A stretch of 64,000 bases of DNA from Nitrosopumilaceae archaeon. GTDB taxonomy: Archaea > Thermoproteota > Nitrososphaeria > Nitrososphaerales > Nitrosopumilaceae. Where the stretch lies: assembly GCA_965207375.1 (NCBI GenBank), contig CBDBMG010000003.1, forward strand, positions 64,001 to 128,000. Direction: 5' to 3'. Positions within the stretch are counted from its first letter, which is position 1, and each line of letters starts with the position of its first letter. This document shows positions 1 to 12,552 of the stretch, piece after piece. The notes below the pieces were generated by a model that was not told where the DNA came from, ran no database searches, and saw only the letters and a program-made list of their open reading frames with translations. A program made the position numbers and the translations under genes.

Positions 1-105
1 ACGATATAAATTTTGCTCTTGTTGTCACGAAGAGATGAGTAGATAATATAAAGACACTTACATATGTACTCATGATGTCACTAAGTTTAGCTACTCTATG
101 CTAAC

Positions 106-1189
106 CTCCTTTAGCAGCAGCTTTGATGCCATCTTCATCTTCTTTAGTATCAGACCTCAGGGCATAGAGGTCAAACCTTTACAACAATAACGTATGTATG
201 ATCAAACAAGAGATAATTACCAAGAAGGAATCTGATATCCTTGATTAAGTGTTACCAGCATCACCGCCCTAGAGTGGTATACGACTATGGTTACCATGAC
301 AATCATCATGACCTACTAATAGATATATACTATACTCATACAAATTTTCAAGGGAAGTAATTTCATGAACAGGATTAATGATTTTGTTTTTGGCTTGTAA
401 CAGTTTATTAGAAGTACAAAGGTAATGTCCAGAACATTATCGGTCATGTGCTATTGTCCAGAACATTATCGGTCATGTGCTGCTGCAGCTATACAGTAAG
501 TTTTGAGTCTCAGATAGAAAGCTTGAAAGGATTTATTAATTTTATTTTGCGATAACTTAGTAAGCTTACAGCGACAAAATTCATGACCTTCACACTGTGT
601 ACGGTACAAACCATGCTGCTGTATCTCATGGTCTGCCCACACTGCTCAGCAGTCGTACATAATGACTAGAAAATTTTATAGTTGTGACCAATGCTTATAC
701 AGTGAGTCTATTAGCAATGTTAACAGCCAGGATTTTCTAGGAGGGATTTCTATTGGTAAAGTGAAGCAGCTGGAGGTGTGGGGCTCACCCAGATGCACAT
801 GATAATTGCTAGCTATATACAGTCAATATTTACTAGAGGCCTTAACATCATTAAACCAGTTACGAAGACAATGAAAAGTTACAGATTGGTTAATCTCTAA
901 TGCTAACAACAATTAAATGATAACTTACGCAGTTGGACAAATATATTTAATGTGTTCATTGGCAATTAACTTCGTAGCTTGTGCCCAGCCATGTCACAAT
1001 CATAACAACCAAGCTCACGTGCACTCTACAAGCTTACTGACCCAGTATCACCAAGTCCATGTAAAAATATGATCTTGCATTACATTATTCTAAATATAGC
1101 ACACCAAATCTTTAGGATTAACTTACAGTTGCCGTATGCTTGGCAGTAGCTGGAATTGTTACCGCTCCTTTTAGAACTGAACTACTCAT
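106..1189 (-). CDS. LYPLA1: Acyl-protein thioesterase (LYPLA1/LYPLA2 family), exons 1-5; runs off the left edge; possibly a pseudogene
   Basis: Hand-spliced from ATG 1189: MSSSVLKGAVTIPATAKHTAT | IIFLHGLGDTG | HGWAQATKLIANEHIKYICPTA | AVMLVTLNQGYQIPSW | FDLYALRSDTKEDEDGIKAAAKG. The FLHGLGDTGHGW and PSWFD motifs are diagnostic of APT1/2. The exon 3 acceptor (~994-995) reads TG rather than AG. Confidence 0.85.
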
Positions 1190-3690
1190 TATATCAGCAG
1201 TGCAAATGCGCCCGTCGACCTGACAAAATTAGCCATGTGAGTCGTGAGACTAGGGATCTCCCCTGAAATAAAGCATTGGTCTCGTGGCGCCCCACCCAAA
1301 AACCCACATTGCGTAGAAATACAACACAAGTTACAGATCAATACAAATTGTAATCAATGCAAAATGTTAACAAAACAAATCTATATTGCAGTGAATCATG
1401 TTCACGCACAAGTACTGTTACTGGTTGATCCTGTAAATAACAACATTTCATGAGCTTCATTAAGCCAATCAGACTGCAGAGCCCCACTCCACTACCCGTC
1501 CCTTGTGAGAATACATAGCCAGCATTAGTAACATACCCAATTATCAGTCTAGATGATTGCAATGACTCCAGCTGTAATGCAGCAGTGATGTCTTAGATTG
1601 ATCGCCATGGTGACTGAAATCTTTTGCAACTTGTGATTTAGGAACTTCCCCAATCTTTAACTCCTTCTTAGCCATTTTAAACTCCTTGTTTGTCAGTAAA
1701 GTAGTACCAATAAGAAGCTTGTCATTATGCTGAATGCATATACCTTTCGTATTCAACTCCTCCACTGGCCCATAATAACTTTCATCATTTGATAATTTTA
1801 CTAAATCTTCTGTTGATGGTATGCATATCATTGACCTGACAGTGGGCTTGCCATGGTGACACATAACAAAAGAAACAGCAACTAGTGATTTAGGGTGCTC
1901 AACAATTAGAGTAGATAACTACATATCATTAATAAGTGATAACCAATTCTCCTCAGAACTGACGGCTGGTTTTACTGCCATTAAACTATCTAGTAATTTT
2001 GATAATGACACGAGATGCTTCATTGAGCACAGTACGTAATATGAAATCTCTCCATCTCTCACTAAACCATGATCTGTTGACAGTTTTGCTCTCTTAAAAA
2101 CCGGACCGTTGTCTTGTTCCTTATCTCCTTGCTCAGTATACTGTCTGATCACTGAACTCCACAATGGCTGAAATGGTGACAAAGAATTCAGCTTCCCAAA
2201 GTTTGGTCTCTTGTCTGGTGGATATTTACAATACTTTGATTGTAACATCTTCAAATTGTTTAACTCCAATTGTTGCCCAGCATTGGTATCAGGATAGTCA
2301 GTGGGATAATGAAGTATTGACCTCTCCAGATGATAACACCTCATCTCTTCATATCCTATAACTCTAGCCCCATGGTATACTAGGCTTAACCAGAGGGGTT
2401 TCCCCCATTTTGCTGGCGCTATAATATCCCATCCCGCTCCGACCCCATCAACAGTTTGGTGAAGAAGTAATAATGGCAGGTAATCTTCCAGCTTTTTCAA
2501 CTGTTCAGAAACATTGTGTAATCTTTCTGACCGAATCTTGTTAATTTGATATTCTGGGACAATTGTTTGCTCGCAATCTCTTACCGCCTTGTTCCAAATA
2601 TAGCACTGCGATAATTGAGGTGATATTATTTCACTAATGCTGGTGGCAGCTGGTTGAGCAATATTCAATTTTTTGTCAGGCATTGACAAACAAAAGTCCT
2701 TAACAGTCAAACCCACAATAGCTCTGTTAGGTATTTCAGCAGGAGACTCAGTTTGGGATAAACACTCAAAGAATTTCTTTTTGTCTGCCAATCTGTCATT
2801 ATCTGTAGGTTGCCTAGTTACCCACCATTTTCCCTTGTCACCTTTATCATCAATTGGTTCACACACTGGGTCAATTGTTTGAATGATAACATTGTTACAC
2901 TGCCCACCTATCAGCTTATAGTGCATCATTTTATCCTGTAGATTATTAACAACAACATCACTACTGCTAGCACTAAGCAGTGTCTTTATATTGTTACTAA
3001 TCTCCTTCATCAATATATCAGTGATAGCAGGATGTATGAGTAGCCATAGTTGCCTCTGAGCTGTGGTCTGCTCAGGTCTCCATAGAAACTGAGCAGGGTC
3101 AATAGCATTAGTGGGATAACACAGTGACTGATAGAGTATCACATCACCACTCCTACAACCACTAAGATAATCTTTTGCTTCTATAGTAACACCTATATAT
3201 AGTACAACAATACCTATATATAGTAACACACAACTATATATAGTAACACTTATATACAGAAACAGGTGGTTATCAACTATGAGCTCCATTCTTATGCTCT
3301 AATACTTGTGCCAAATACAGAATGATGTACCACAGAAATCATAAGCTATAATATTATAGGATTGACCATTCTCAAACAAATACACATGAAGTATGAATGC
3401 CCAGCAATCATTATCCCAAGGCAGTGGGGGGTGGTCATGTCCATGTTATGGTGCATATAGGTCACAAGAGCCCATAGATCACATGAGCCAATAGGTTAAA
3501 ATACAATGAATGGGGCAGATTAAATATTTGGATTGTGGACCTCAGAAGGCCACAGTCCCTCCTCAGTTTGGTATATTAGCCCCACCCCAATTGTAGATAG
3601 TAGCTTTAAGATGATATAATCACATCTCCCTCATTTTAAGATATTAATCACATGTACTGCTGATTAGCATGTCCTACCCAAACAACAGTC

Positions 3691-3814
3691 AACATCACGA
3701 CTGACTGGATATCACCATAGTAACATCATGATTGACTGGATATCACCATAGTAACATCACGACTGACTGGATATCACCATAGTAACATCACGACTGACTG
3801 GATATCACCATAGT
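3691..3814. repeat. 31-bp minisatellite x4
   Basis: Unit aacatcacgactgactggatatcaccatagt at 3691, 3722, 3753, 3784. Confidence 0.95.
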
Positions 3815-4164
3815 GTGACGGTAAGGTTTATTAGTAGTGATTAAAAAGTAACCACCCGATCTCCCCTAATCCCAGGCCAATAAGTAATCATATACTTACC
3901 GACTTGTTTACTCATCATTGGCTGAAGTACAGTAATAATATCACCTTGACTATCCAGTAACTCTACATACCCATGATATGATGAATCCTAAATTGTAATA
4001 AAGAATGATATATAATAAATAATGGTGTTTAATGACTCAAAACTAAACCTTAAAAACTGCTTCATACATTACAATTTAGTTATTAAAGGTTGATCATCCT
4101 TATAACTATTTATTGGTGACAACAAACAACTAATTATCTACTACACTGGGTTACGGGGTCCCAT

Positions 4165-5180
4165 GGCCTTGTGGCCTTAGAGAATTTGCCTCTGCTTTTG
4201 ATACACAGTGCAGAATTATCACACTCGTCTGCTACCACGCAAGCTGCTTATCGACCTTTCTAGTTACTACGTATCTACAAACTTGTTATGCTACACTGAC
4301 CACTCCACACGTTACTAACTGTAACATGACTGTTACTGACCACTCCGTGACTGTAGGAAGGTGTTAACGTTTGGCTCAAAGAGGTGACAGAATCACTGCA
4401 GTTGAACACTGTAATCCACATTAAGGTCCGGCCTATTAACTATGTTGTGCAGTGCTCATCAAGCCTTGGTGATCATTAATAGGATTGTGTGATATGATAT
4501 AATTACTACTGTTATAGCTGGCACAAAATCTTTATTACAAAGTTAGGTAGAAATATTAGAGTAAAATGACTGTTCTATTAGAGTAGATATGCTGACATAT
4601 GCTTTGGTGCTTATATTTACCTACTATGGCAGATGCCTAGACTGTAACTACTAAGCCGTCTAGTAATAAACTCATATTACACTCAATATCGGATGCCAGT
4701 TTTATGTAGCTAATATTTGAAACAAACATTAACATCTTCCTTCTAACAGTCACGGTAGATGCATGGAGTGGTCAGTGTAGCATAGATACATTAACATCTT
4801 CCTTCTAACAGTCACGGTAGATGCATGGAGTGGTCAATGTAGCATAGATACATTAACATCTTCCTTCTAACAGTCACGGTAGATGCATGGAGTGGTCAGT
4901 GTAGCATAGATACATTAACATCTTCCTTCTAACAGTCATGGTAGATGCATGGAGTGGTCAGTGTAGCATAGATACATTAACATCTTCCTTCTAACAGTCA
5001 TGGTAGATGCATGGAGTGGTCAGTGTAGCATAGATAGTAGGTAGAAAGGTGCTAGTACCGGAGCAGACGCTTATAATATGTAACTGATAAGCAGCCTTGC
5101 GTGAAATTAGTGGCAGACCAGTGTGGCAATTCTGCATTGTAGTAAAGCAGAGGTAAAAAACCTTAGGGCACAAGGCCACT
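4165..5180. mobile_element. Degenerate non-autonomous element with long imperfect terminal inverted repeats
   Basis: 4165-4370 (tggccttgtggccttag...gctgcttatc...ctacactgaccactcc) is the reverse complement of ~4975-5180 (ggagtggtcagtgtag...gataagcagc...cttagggcacaaggcca). Confidence 0.6.
4726..5035. repeat. 62-bp minisatellite x5
   Basis: Unit acattaacatcttccttctaacagtcacggtagatgcatggagtggtcagtgtagcatagat at 4726, 4788, 4850, 4912, 4974. Confidence 0.95.
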
Positions 5181-5200
5181 TTTGCAGTAACTCCTAGGAT

Positions 5201-5697
5201 TACCATATAGTACTTTGGTGGCGGAAACCTTTGACAAATGCAAAATGGCGAAATAAAACTTTGGCGGATGTACTTACAATTGTGTATTGGCGATTAAAAC
5301 TTTTGGTGAATCGAGTTGACGCAAACTATACTAAATTTTAACTGTAAATTAGTGGACGATCGTTACCACTTGCCTATTTCAAATCGCTATGCTGGGGTGA
5401 GAATCAAATAAGAGCGTCTACCACATGACTGCTCCTTCAATTTTAGTGTTGGCCAAATCACTGCCTTCGATGGTACCTTCTTGCTTAGTAAACCATTCGG
5501 CTCAGGCAAACTTGTGAAGATCAGGGGCACAAAGATCTCACAGGTTTACTTCAAAATGCCAGTAGCCATTTGGTGATCACACATATACGATAGTATTGCA
5601 ATTACGTGCATTATGACAAATTCCTTAAAAATTAATATTTTGGCAAATTCGCCAAATTCACCATTTTCCACTGCCAAAAGTTTTCCACTATACGGTA
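5201..5697. mobile_element. Tc1/mariner-type MITE (TACCRTA termini)
   Basis: taccatatag...ctatacggta ends with internal ttggcg/cgccaa subrepeats. Similar termini at 53538-53748, 54018-54206 and 59143-59362. Confidence 0.6.
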
Positions 5698-6984
5698 CAC
5701 ATTTATGGTGAGCAATAATTAGACTTACAGTGTTACTATAGTAGTGATTAACCAATACTACTCCTATATTAGCCGATACTGATAGCTAATCAGTTATCAA
5801 CATAACTTCCAAACCTGCAAACAACGCGCACCACTGTACTATGAAATTATCATTAAACATATTTGAGCATCATCCCTAATTGTTCCATCTGCCTTTCAAC
5901 AAATAATAATGTCATCTCCTTTAATATTATTATCAATAAATCTGAAACATCTTCTACAGAAAAACCATCTTGATATATTAATTTTAAGACCGAAAAACTG
6001 ATTTCCGATAGTTAAACTAATCATTGATGCATCACTAACATAGTGCTTGAAATAAGAATTAGAAATTGATCGGCCATTTATTGAAAGTAGGAACATATGT
6101 ATCATTGAATTCCCCATTGGAAATGTACAGTAAATTTGTCCTAGCATATCAGTTTTGGTTGGCCAAATCCTGAAATTGGTCGGAAAGTGGCTGACTGCTA
6201 TTTCAAGCTCTGCTAACAGTATATTTTACTACACTAGATTACACATTATGGTGGGCAGTAATTAGACTTACAGTGTAATTATAGTAACAATATAATTATT
6301 ACATTAGATTACACATTATGGTGAGGAATAATTAGACTTACAGTGTAACTATAGTAACAATATATTACATTAGATTACACATTATGGTGGGCAATAATTA
6401 GACTTACATATAATAAACATCCAGTATGTAAGTATCGATATGAAGCACATGCTCCTTTATCACAACACTGTTCTGCTATCTTGTAGCCATGGTATTCCAT
6501 CATTCTAAACCTCTTGGCGTGCCATATGTGACTCTGCAACCATCGAGACTTCTCTAATCGACTACCATACTCTTCTACTAATTTGCTAGATTTGTGACGT
6601 GTCTTCCTTGACAACTTCTTTGCTGTACACTCTACCACCTTAATAAAACAATATGATCAGTATGGTAACACAGTATATACTGTTATTTGTCCTAGACTAA
6701 AAAAAGCTGTTCAGATAAATCAGTAAAGATCCAGCACATGATAGAAAGGAACAAGTCCGGCTTTTTGCTTTTATTTTAAGGCTAAATGCTAATGAATAGA
6801 AAATTAATAAAGACCGAACAGTTGAATATTTTAAATGTACACTTAACACATATAAAATTAAAAACAGTGTTTCTCACTTTTAGTGAGTTTAAATTTTCAA
6901 TAAATTGATAATAAGTTGATATTAAATGTAAAGGAAACTAATGATATAATTATTGTAAAACACTATCATTAAGTACGGCAGTAC

Positions 6985-7935
6985 TTAATAGTAGGGATTG
7001 GTAAGAAATTGTATGGCTTTGGGAAAATTTTGTGCTTAAATTCAACCTTGCAATAGGCTTTACCCGAAAAAACTGGCTGGAATGCATTGGTAAGGCTGTA
7101 ATGATGCTGTACCTTGGTTAACGAAACAAGTCGAATATTTTGACCTACAGCCAACTTTGAAAATTTTGAAATTCACCTGTATTTCGTCTGCCTGCCTGCC
7201 TGCCGTAAGACCGGGTTGCGCTAGGTGTAGGGCTCCAGAAATTTCACACAATAAAAGTAATGGCGGCGGATTTATGAAAATCTTATTCTAAAGACGATTT
7301 ACCCACTGCGCCATGGCGATTCCCTTTATCCTTCATTCCTTTAATTGTTCTTTATGTATTCCTTAGCAAGGTGCGAATCTCACCAAAGGTGACGATAGCC
7401 TGTAACGGCTTCTGCTTATTGCGTCACACAAAAATCTGGCTTGCACGTGATATAATTAGTTGATGTTTTCGCGTGTACTCGTGCGTACTTTATTACATCG
7501 TGAACTTCGAGATTATAGCCTTGGACAATTACGTAAGCGCCTGTAACATTTTGTGCGCCTGCTAAAAGATTATTGAATGCTTAGCATGTATAAAAAGTAA
7601 ACAAACTAGAATGATAAAAAATTAAAAATTTAAAAAGTAAGTAGGGATTGAACTTTGGATTCAGTAGTGCTACAAAAGGTAAGGAAACAAGGAATAAGAT
7701 TTTGGGACGAGAGAACATTCTGGCAAGAGATAATTTGTAAAAGTTTAATCCCTACTTTTGGCTCACTTCATAGGTTTGCCAAAAGTAGGGAATAAACTTT
7801 TATAAATTATCTCATGTGAGAATGTTCTCTCGTCCCAAAATCTTATTCCTTGTTTCCTTACTTTTTGTAGCACTATTGAATCCAAAGTTCAATCCCTACT
7901 TACTTTTTAAATTTATAATTTTTTATCATTCTAGT
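6985..7935 (+). mobile_element. Non-autonomous repeat ending in a ~330-bp palindrome and CTAG|T (Helitron/Helentron-like)
   Basis: (ctgc)n microsatellite near the 5' end; palindrome 7605-7935 with ~158-bp arms. A near-identical 3' copy lies at 31212-31608 and a diverged relative at ~42450-43237. Confidence 0.6.
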
Positions 7936-9135
7936 ATAAATGATGTCACTGACACATTATGTATTTAGTATATAGAATCTGATATTTAGTAATGGATATT
8001 ATGATTTATAACAAATAGTGAAATATTAATAGTTTGTTTTAGTGTTATCAGTATGTATTTCCCCAACAGCCATAATTGTGTAAGGCTGTCAAGAATCAGT
8101 GGAGTGGAATGGTGGAACGGAAGACTGGAATGGAATAATGAATGAATAACTTGATGCTAAAAAGCCTTTTAAGCCGTTACTGTACAGCAGTACATGAATG
8201 CTATACACTCACATCATGTAGTAATGCAATGGGAACTTGAGGCTTCAATCAATATGATACAGTTAAATCCCGGTACAAGGGTGATATCATTTATATTACC
8301 TGAAGCCTCGGTGGAGTGGATGGGATTTAATTGGCTTCTATCCCAGTGTACAATATGTAATCAACTTCCTGTAAGCGGTTTCCGCAACTATACAATATTT
8401 GATTGGCTATTTTCCAGAAAACATTTAAATTGTTTGCTCAGAATGACTCTTTAGGGGGTGACAAGTTAGCTTGCTTTTTGCTTGGGATGGTATATTTGGC
8501 AGTCGGTCAGCAGCAAAGGCAATTAACTAGGCGAAAACATACGTGCATGCACGCCCAGCAGAGAGTCGAAAAGTACGTTCTTCAAGTGATAGCAAAATGC
8601 CATTGTCTCCAACACGTCAGCCACCGTTTCAGTAATAAAACACATAAGAAAAATTGTCTATAAAGGAGCCATTCCCAGAGGGGACAATAGAAATAGCAGA
8701 GGGGACAATCAACATAACGCGCTTTGCTTTCACCTGAGGGACGTAACTATCCTTTGGTCGCTTTTTTCAGCTCTTGTATGGAGCTTTGCATTTCAATTAA
8801 TGTTATTCTTGTCTATACTGTAGCTCACGCTCGGCAGCTTACGCTCGGCTTAAAATATAAAAACCTTTGATGCATGCTAATTGTCCGACACCAAAACCAC
8901 TGGGTATTATTTTTTATAACACCCAGTAGTTTTCTTTGATCCACCTACGCACTGAGGTAGAAAATAATATAATATAAGTTAGTTTGATGATCAACAGCCA
9001 AGATAAAATGTCATTGTGGTTGATAATGCAACTAGTGTGTGACATAGATGATTTGAAAGAGTTCAAGGGTACAAGCTTTCCTGGCGAAGAATCAATTCAC
9101 TAATCTTGAAGAACAGTTACACATTACAATATATG

Positions 9136-9414
9136 CAAGGGGTGGAAGCGCCCATATGCTGTGTGTCACGACTCAAGTCAAAACACAAGTCACGACTCAA
9201 GTCAAAACACGTCATGACTCAAGAAGAAATTCTCCTTTCAAAGCCATGATAGTCAGCCAAAATTAATAACTGATACCCACAATCATTTGCGCAATGCTCA
9301 CGAGTCAAGGGTTAAGCGGGAAGTATACTACAAATCAAGGGACAAGGGTGATTAACAGCAGTCATGAAATTTGATCACGCAAGTACACAGCATATTGGGT
9401 GCTTCACCCCCTTG
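9136..9414. mobile_element. MITE with CAAGGGG...CCCCTTG TIRs
   Basis: caaggggtggaagcgcccatatgctgtg / cacagcatattgggtgcttcaccccttg; the TSD is not clean. Confidence 0.65.
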
Positions 9415-10732
9415 TGTATGTGAAAATATATCTTTATGGAGCCTAAATTCTTTTAAAATACATAACAGTGAATTATGAGGTACTTTGAATGATTATAGAA
9501 ATGATCTACAGCCACAATGATTTCATGACGATAGTTGTTTTACTGCAGTGTTTTTAGCAATGCATTAGCTGATATTTGCTGTTATGATACGTATGTAGTG
9601 TGCACTGATGAAAGGTACAAATCTAAAGTTACACTATTAGACATGTGTGTAAGGGGTCATTCACAATTTTCGGTTTTTATGTGAGTGTACAAAGAGTACT
9701 CTTTTTGTTAACCCTCTCCTCCCTACCACAAAGCATACTCTGAAAATATTCATGTCACATGATGATCACCATGTTTTCCTATTTTTAAAGTCTCCCCCTA
9801 ATACAAACTCTTTGTACACTTGCAAAAGTTGAATGACCCCATAAGCAGAGTATACTGGTCGCTATATACACAAGTTTAGCCTATTAATAAATATAAAATT
9901 TAATCCCTAGCTGTGTTATCAGAACCTCCACTGGTGCAACATGTTAGTCATTTTCTAGAAAAGTCTAATTTGCTATTGGGAAAGCCAATGGTAGTCTATA
10001 ATAATTTCCTCAATGCATGGGCAATCAATTTCTAATCCTTATTTTCAAGATATGTATTTATGTATGTATAACATATGTAGCTACAGTCTATCATATTCAA
10101 CCAAATAATCATCAAGCTGTACAAAAAGGAAAAAAAATTCAGTCCAGTAGTCCAGTGAAGTGAATGGAGACACCCTTATCAGAGCAGTGCTCAGGAATGG
10201 TGGCACTGGTTATTGATTTAAGAATGAGAATAATCAAGCAATAGCTTATATGGCAGCTTAGCTACAGCATTTGAGTGGTGCTATGTAAAAAGAACTAATA
10301 ATTGGTCACATATTTCTTCTTAGCTTCGTGACTCACTATCCTTCATAAATACCAAATAAATAATCAGTTAATGGTCCAGTCCAACTAGCACGTATCCTAC
10401 ACTATACTAGGCCTAAAGGCATAAACCATTCGGTTATAAAGCCATGCTGAGTTGAAATAGCAGTTCCTCACATGGGCAGTAAATTATCACCTTTATGCTG
10501 CCTTAATGAAGTATCATGCTGAGAGCATGTGAGCACTGAAGTACCATGCTGAGAGCATGTGAGCAATAAAGAGCATGTGAGCATTGAAGAGCATGTGAGC
10601 ACTGATGAGAAATTATTATTCTACTTTGCATGGCCCGTTAGCACAAGATCAACAGGTATTATTATTTGCTATGACACTTGTCAGGATAAGCACAAGAGTA
10701 AAGTATAGATCATGATTTATGCTACCAGTAAC

Positions 10733-11229
10733 TAGGGCTGGGCAATAGTGAAATTTGAACACTATCATGATAGTAGGGAAACATGTCACGATAGCAATAG
10801 TATCACGATAGTACTGAATCATTAAAAGTAGTGTAAGTAGTGCCGAGTGACAGTAAAAATTTTACTATCACGATAGTTGCAGAGCAACTATTCCGATAGT
10901 GAATACTATCCCGATAGTTAATGAAGGGGTACATTTTACTTGCCATTTGTACCAAAGTATTATAACAGTGCCATCATATAGTAATGTATATGTTATTATA
11001 CCAAAAAGCCTTGAAAGTAAACAAGTCAGCTGACACGAGGAGATGGAATTTATTTGGACAGCTTAAAGTGTAAGAATCTGTATAAAGTTTAACTTTACTG
11101 TTTGGATATGTTACCATCCATAAAACCACCAAAAATTTAATCAAGATAGTTATTTAGTAAAATATCCCGATATCAATAGTAACTTACTATCGTGATATAT
11201 CGCGCTATTGATACTATCGCTCAGTCCTA
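10733..11229. mobile_element. hAT-type MITE (TAGGGCTGGG termini)
   Basis: tagggctgggcaatagt ... actatcgctcagtccta, with many internal actatc/gatag subrepeats. Same terminal octamer as the hAT at 12553. Confidence 0.7.
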
Positions 11230-11745
11230 AGTGTAAGTAGGTAACTGTTAACAAATATATGTAAAATCTACTACATAAAGCTGAAAAGCCATCCGTCTGT
11301 CTGTCCGTCTACATTCTTTCCTCGTAAGGCTGCTAACTCTGCTGTCTCTGTGTCGATTTGACTTCAGACTTGCTTGATGCAATAGCTATATCTTCTGGCA
11401 TCACAGAGTTTGTTTTTATAAGTTTCTAAGAGCTGCATTTTTCGGCACAAGTGCGTAATAGACACCTGTGTTGATAGAAACGGCCATTAACCACAGCAAT
11501 CCAGTACATAGATGGTAACGCACTTGACTATAACACCTTAGTTCAGTGGTCGAGGATTTAGTCACTGCATATTTTTTAACTTTCAGTGTAGCTGCCGTCA
11601 GTGCTCAGTGTTCTCTCTATTTTACAGTTTTTAAATGTCGCAAAGAAGTGAACACAGTGTAGGAAATAATTAGAATATAGATGTCATGTACACTGTACAA
11701 TCACGTGACATCATTAATCATGAGCACTTTCCCGCCTATCTTACA

Positions 11746-11760
11746 TGGCGCTGCGAGCAG
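11746..11760 (+). other. Primer-binding site complementary to a tRNA-Ser 3' end
   Basis: TGGCGCTGCGAGCAG directly after the 5' LTR matches the reverse complement of the ...CTGCTCRCAGCG-CCA end of eukaryotic tRNA-Ser(CGA/TGA). Confidence 0.75.
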
Positions 11761-12552
11761 TTAACCAGTATCTGCACGTAAACCGAAGTCATATCAGTCG
11801 TTTAACCCGAAACATGATTCCCTGGTGCCGGTTCGAGGCACCAAGTAAGGTGATAAACCAGAGTTTACTGACAATCATTCTCCTGCCATTTTCTTTTGTC
11901 TAGATACGACGATGCTGTTTACATTCCGGCAAGGAGATCTTCCCAAGTTAGATTTACAGGTGGACCGCAGATCTGATTTTACCGCCTGTAAAGCACAATA
12001 GGATTCCTACGCCAGCTTGTCCGGACTCAATGGCGAAGACGAAGCCAAGCAAGTTCAAGCGCTAACCTTATGTTTCTCCCGCGAAATTTTAAGAATCTCG
12101 GCCTATCTGAAGACGAAAGAAAAAGTGTTAGCGCCATAATAGTCGCCATCAAACGATATATTGAAGGGCACATCAATGAATTGGTAGAAAGAAGGAACTT
12201 CCGAAAAAGAACACAACAGCCTGGTGAGACATTTGATGATTTCCTAATTTCCTTATGAGAGTTGGTGAAAACATGCAACTTTTGCTCGGAGACTTGTATC
12301 CAGAAGAACCTCAGAGATCAAGTTATAGAAGGACTACTAGAGATAGACACTGTTGAAACTCTTCTACAGGAACCTAATCTTACTCTGGCCACAACAGTCA
12401 ACAAGTGCCAGGCCCAAGAAGCGGCCAAGAAGCAGAGAGCAAATATAGCTAACCAGCAGCCAGAAACAATAGCTGCACTACAGAGGCATAGGAACCAGAA
12501 TAGTCCAGTACCTACAAGAACACCATGTCCAGGATGTGGGGCGGCTACTCAC

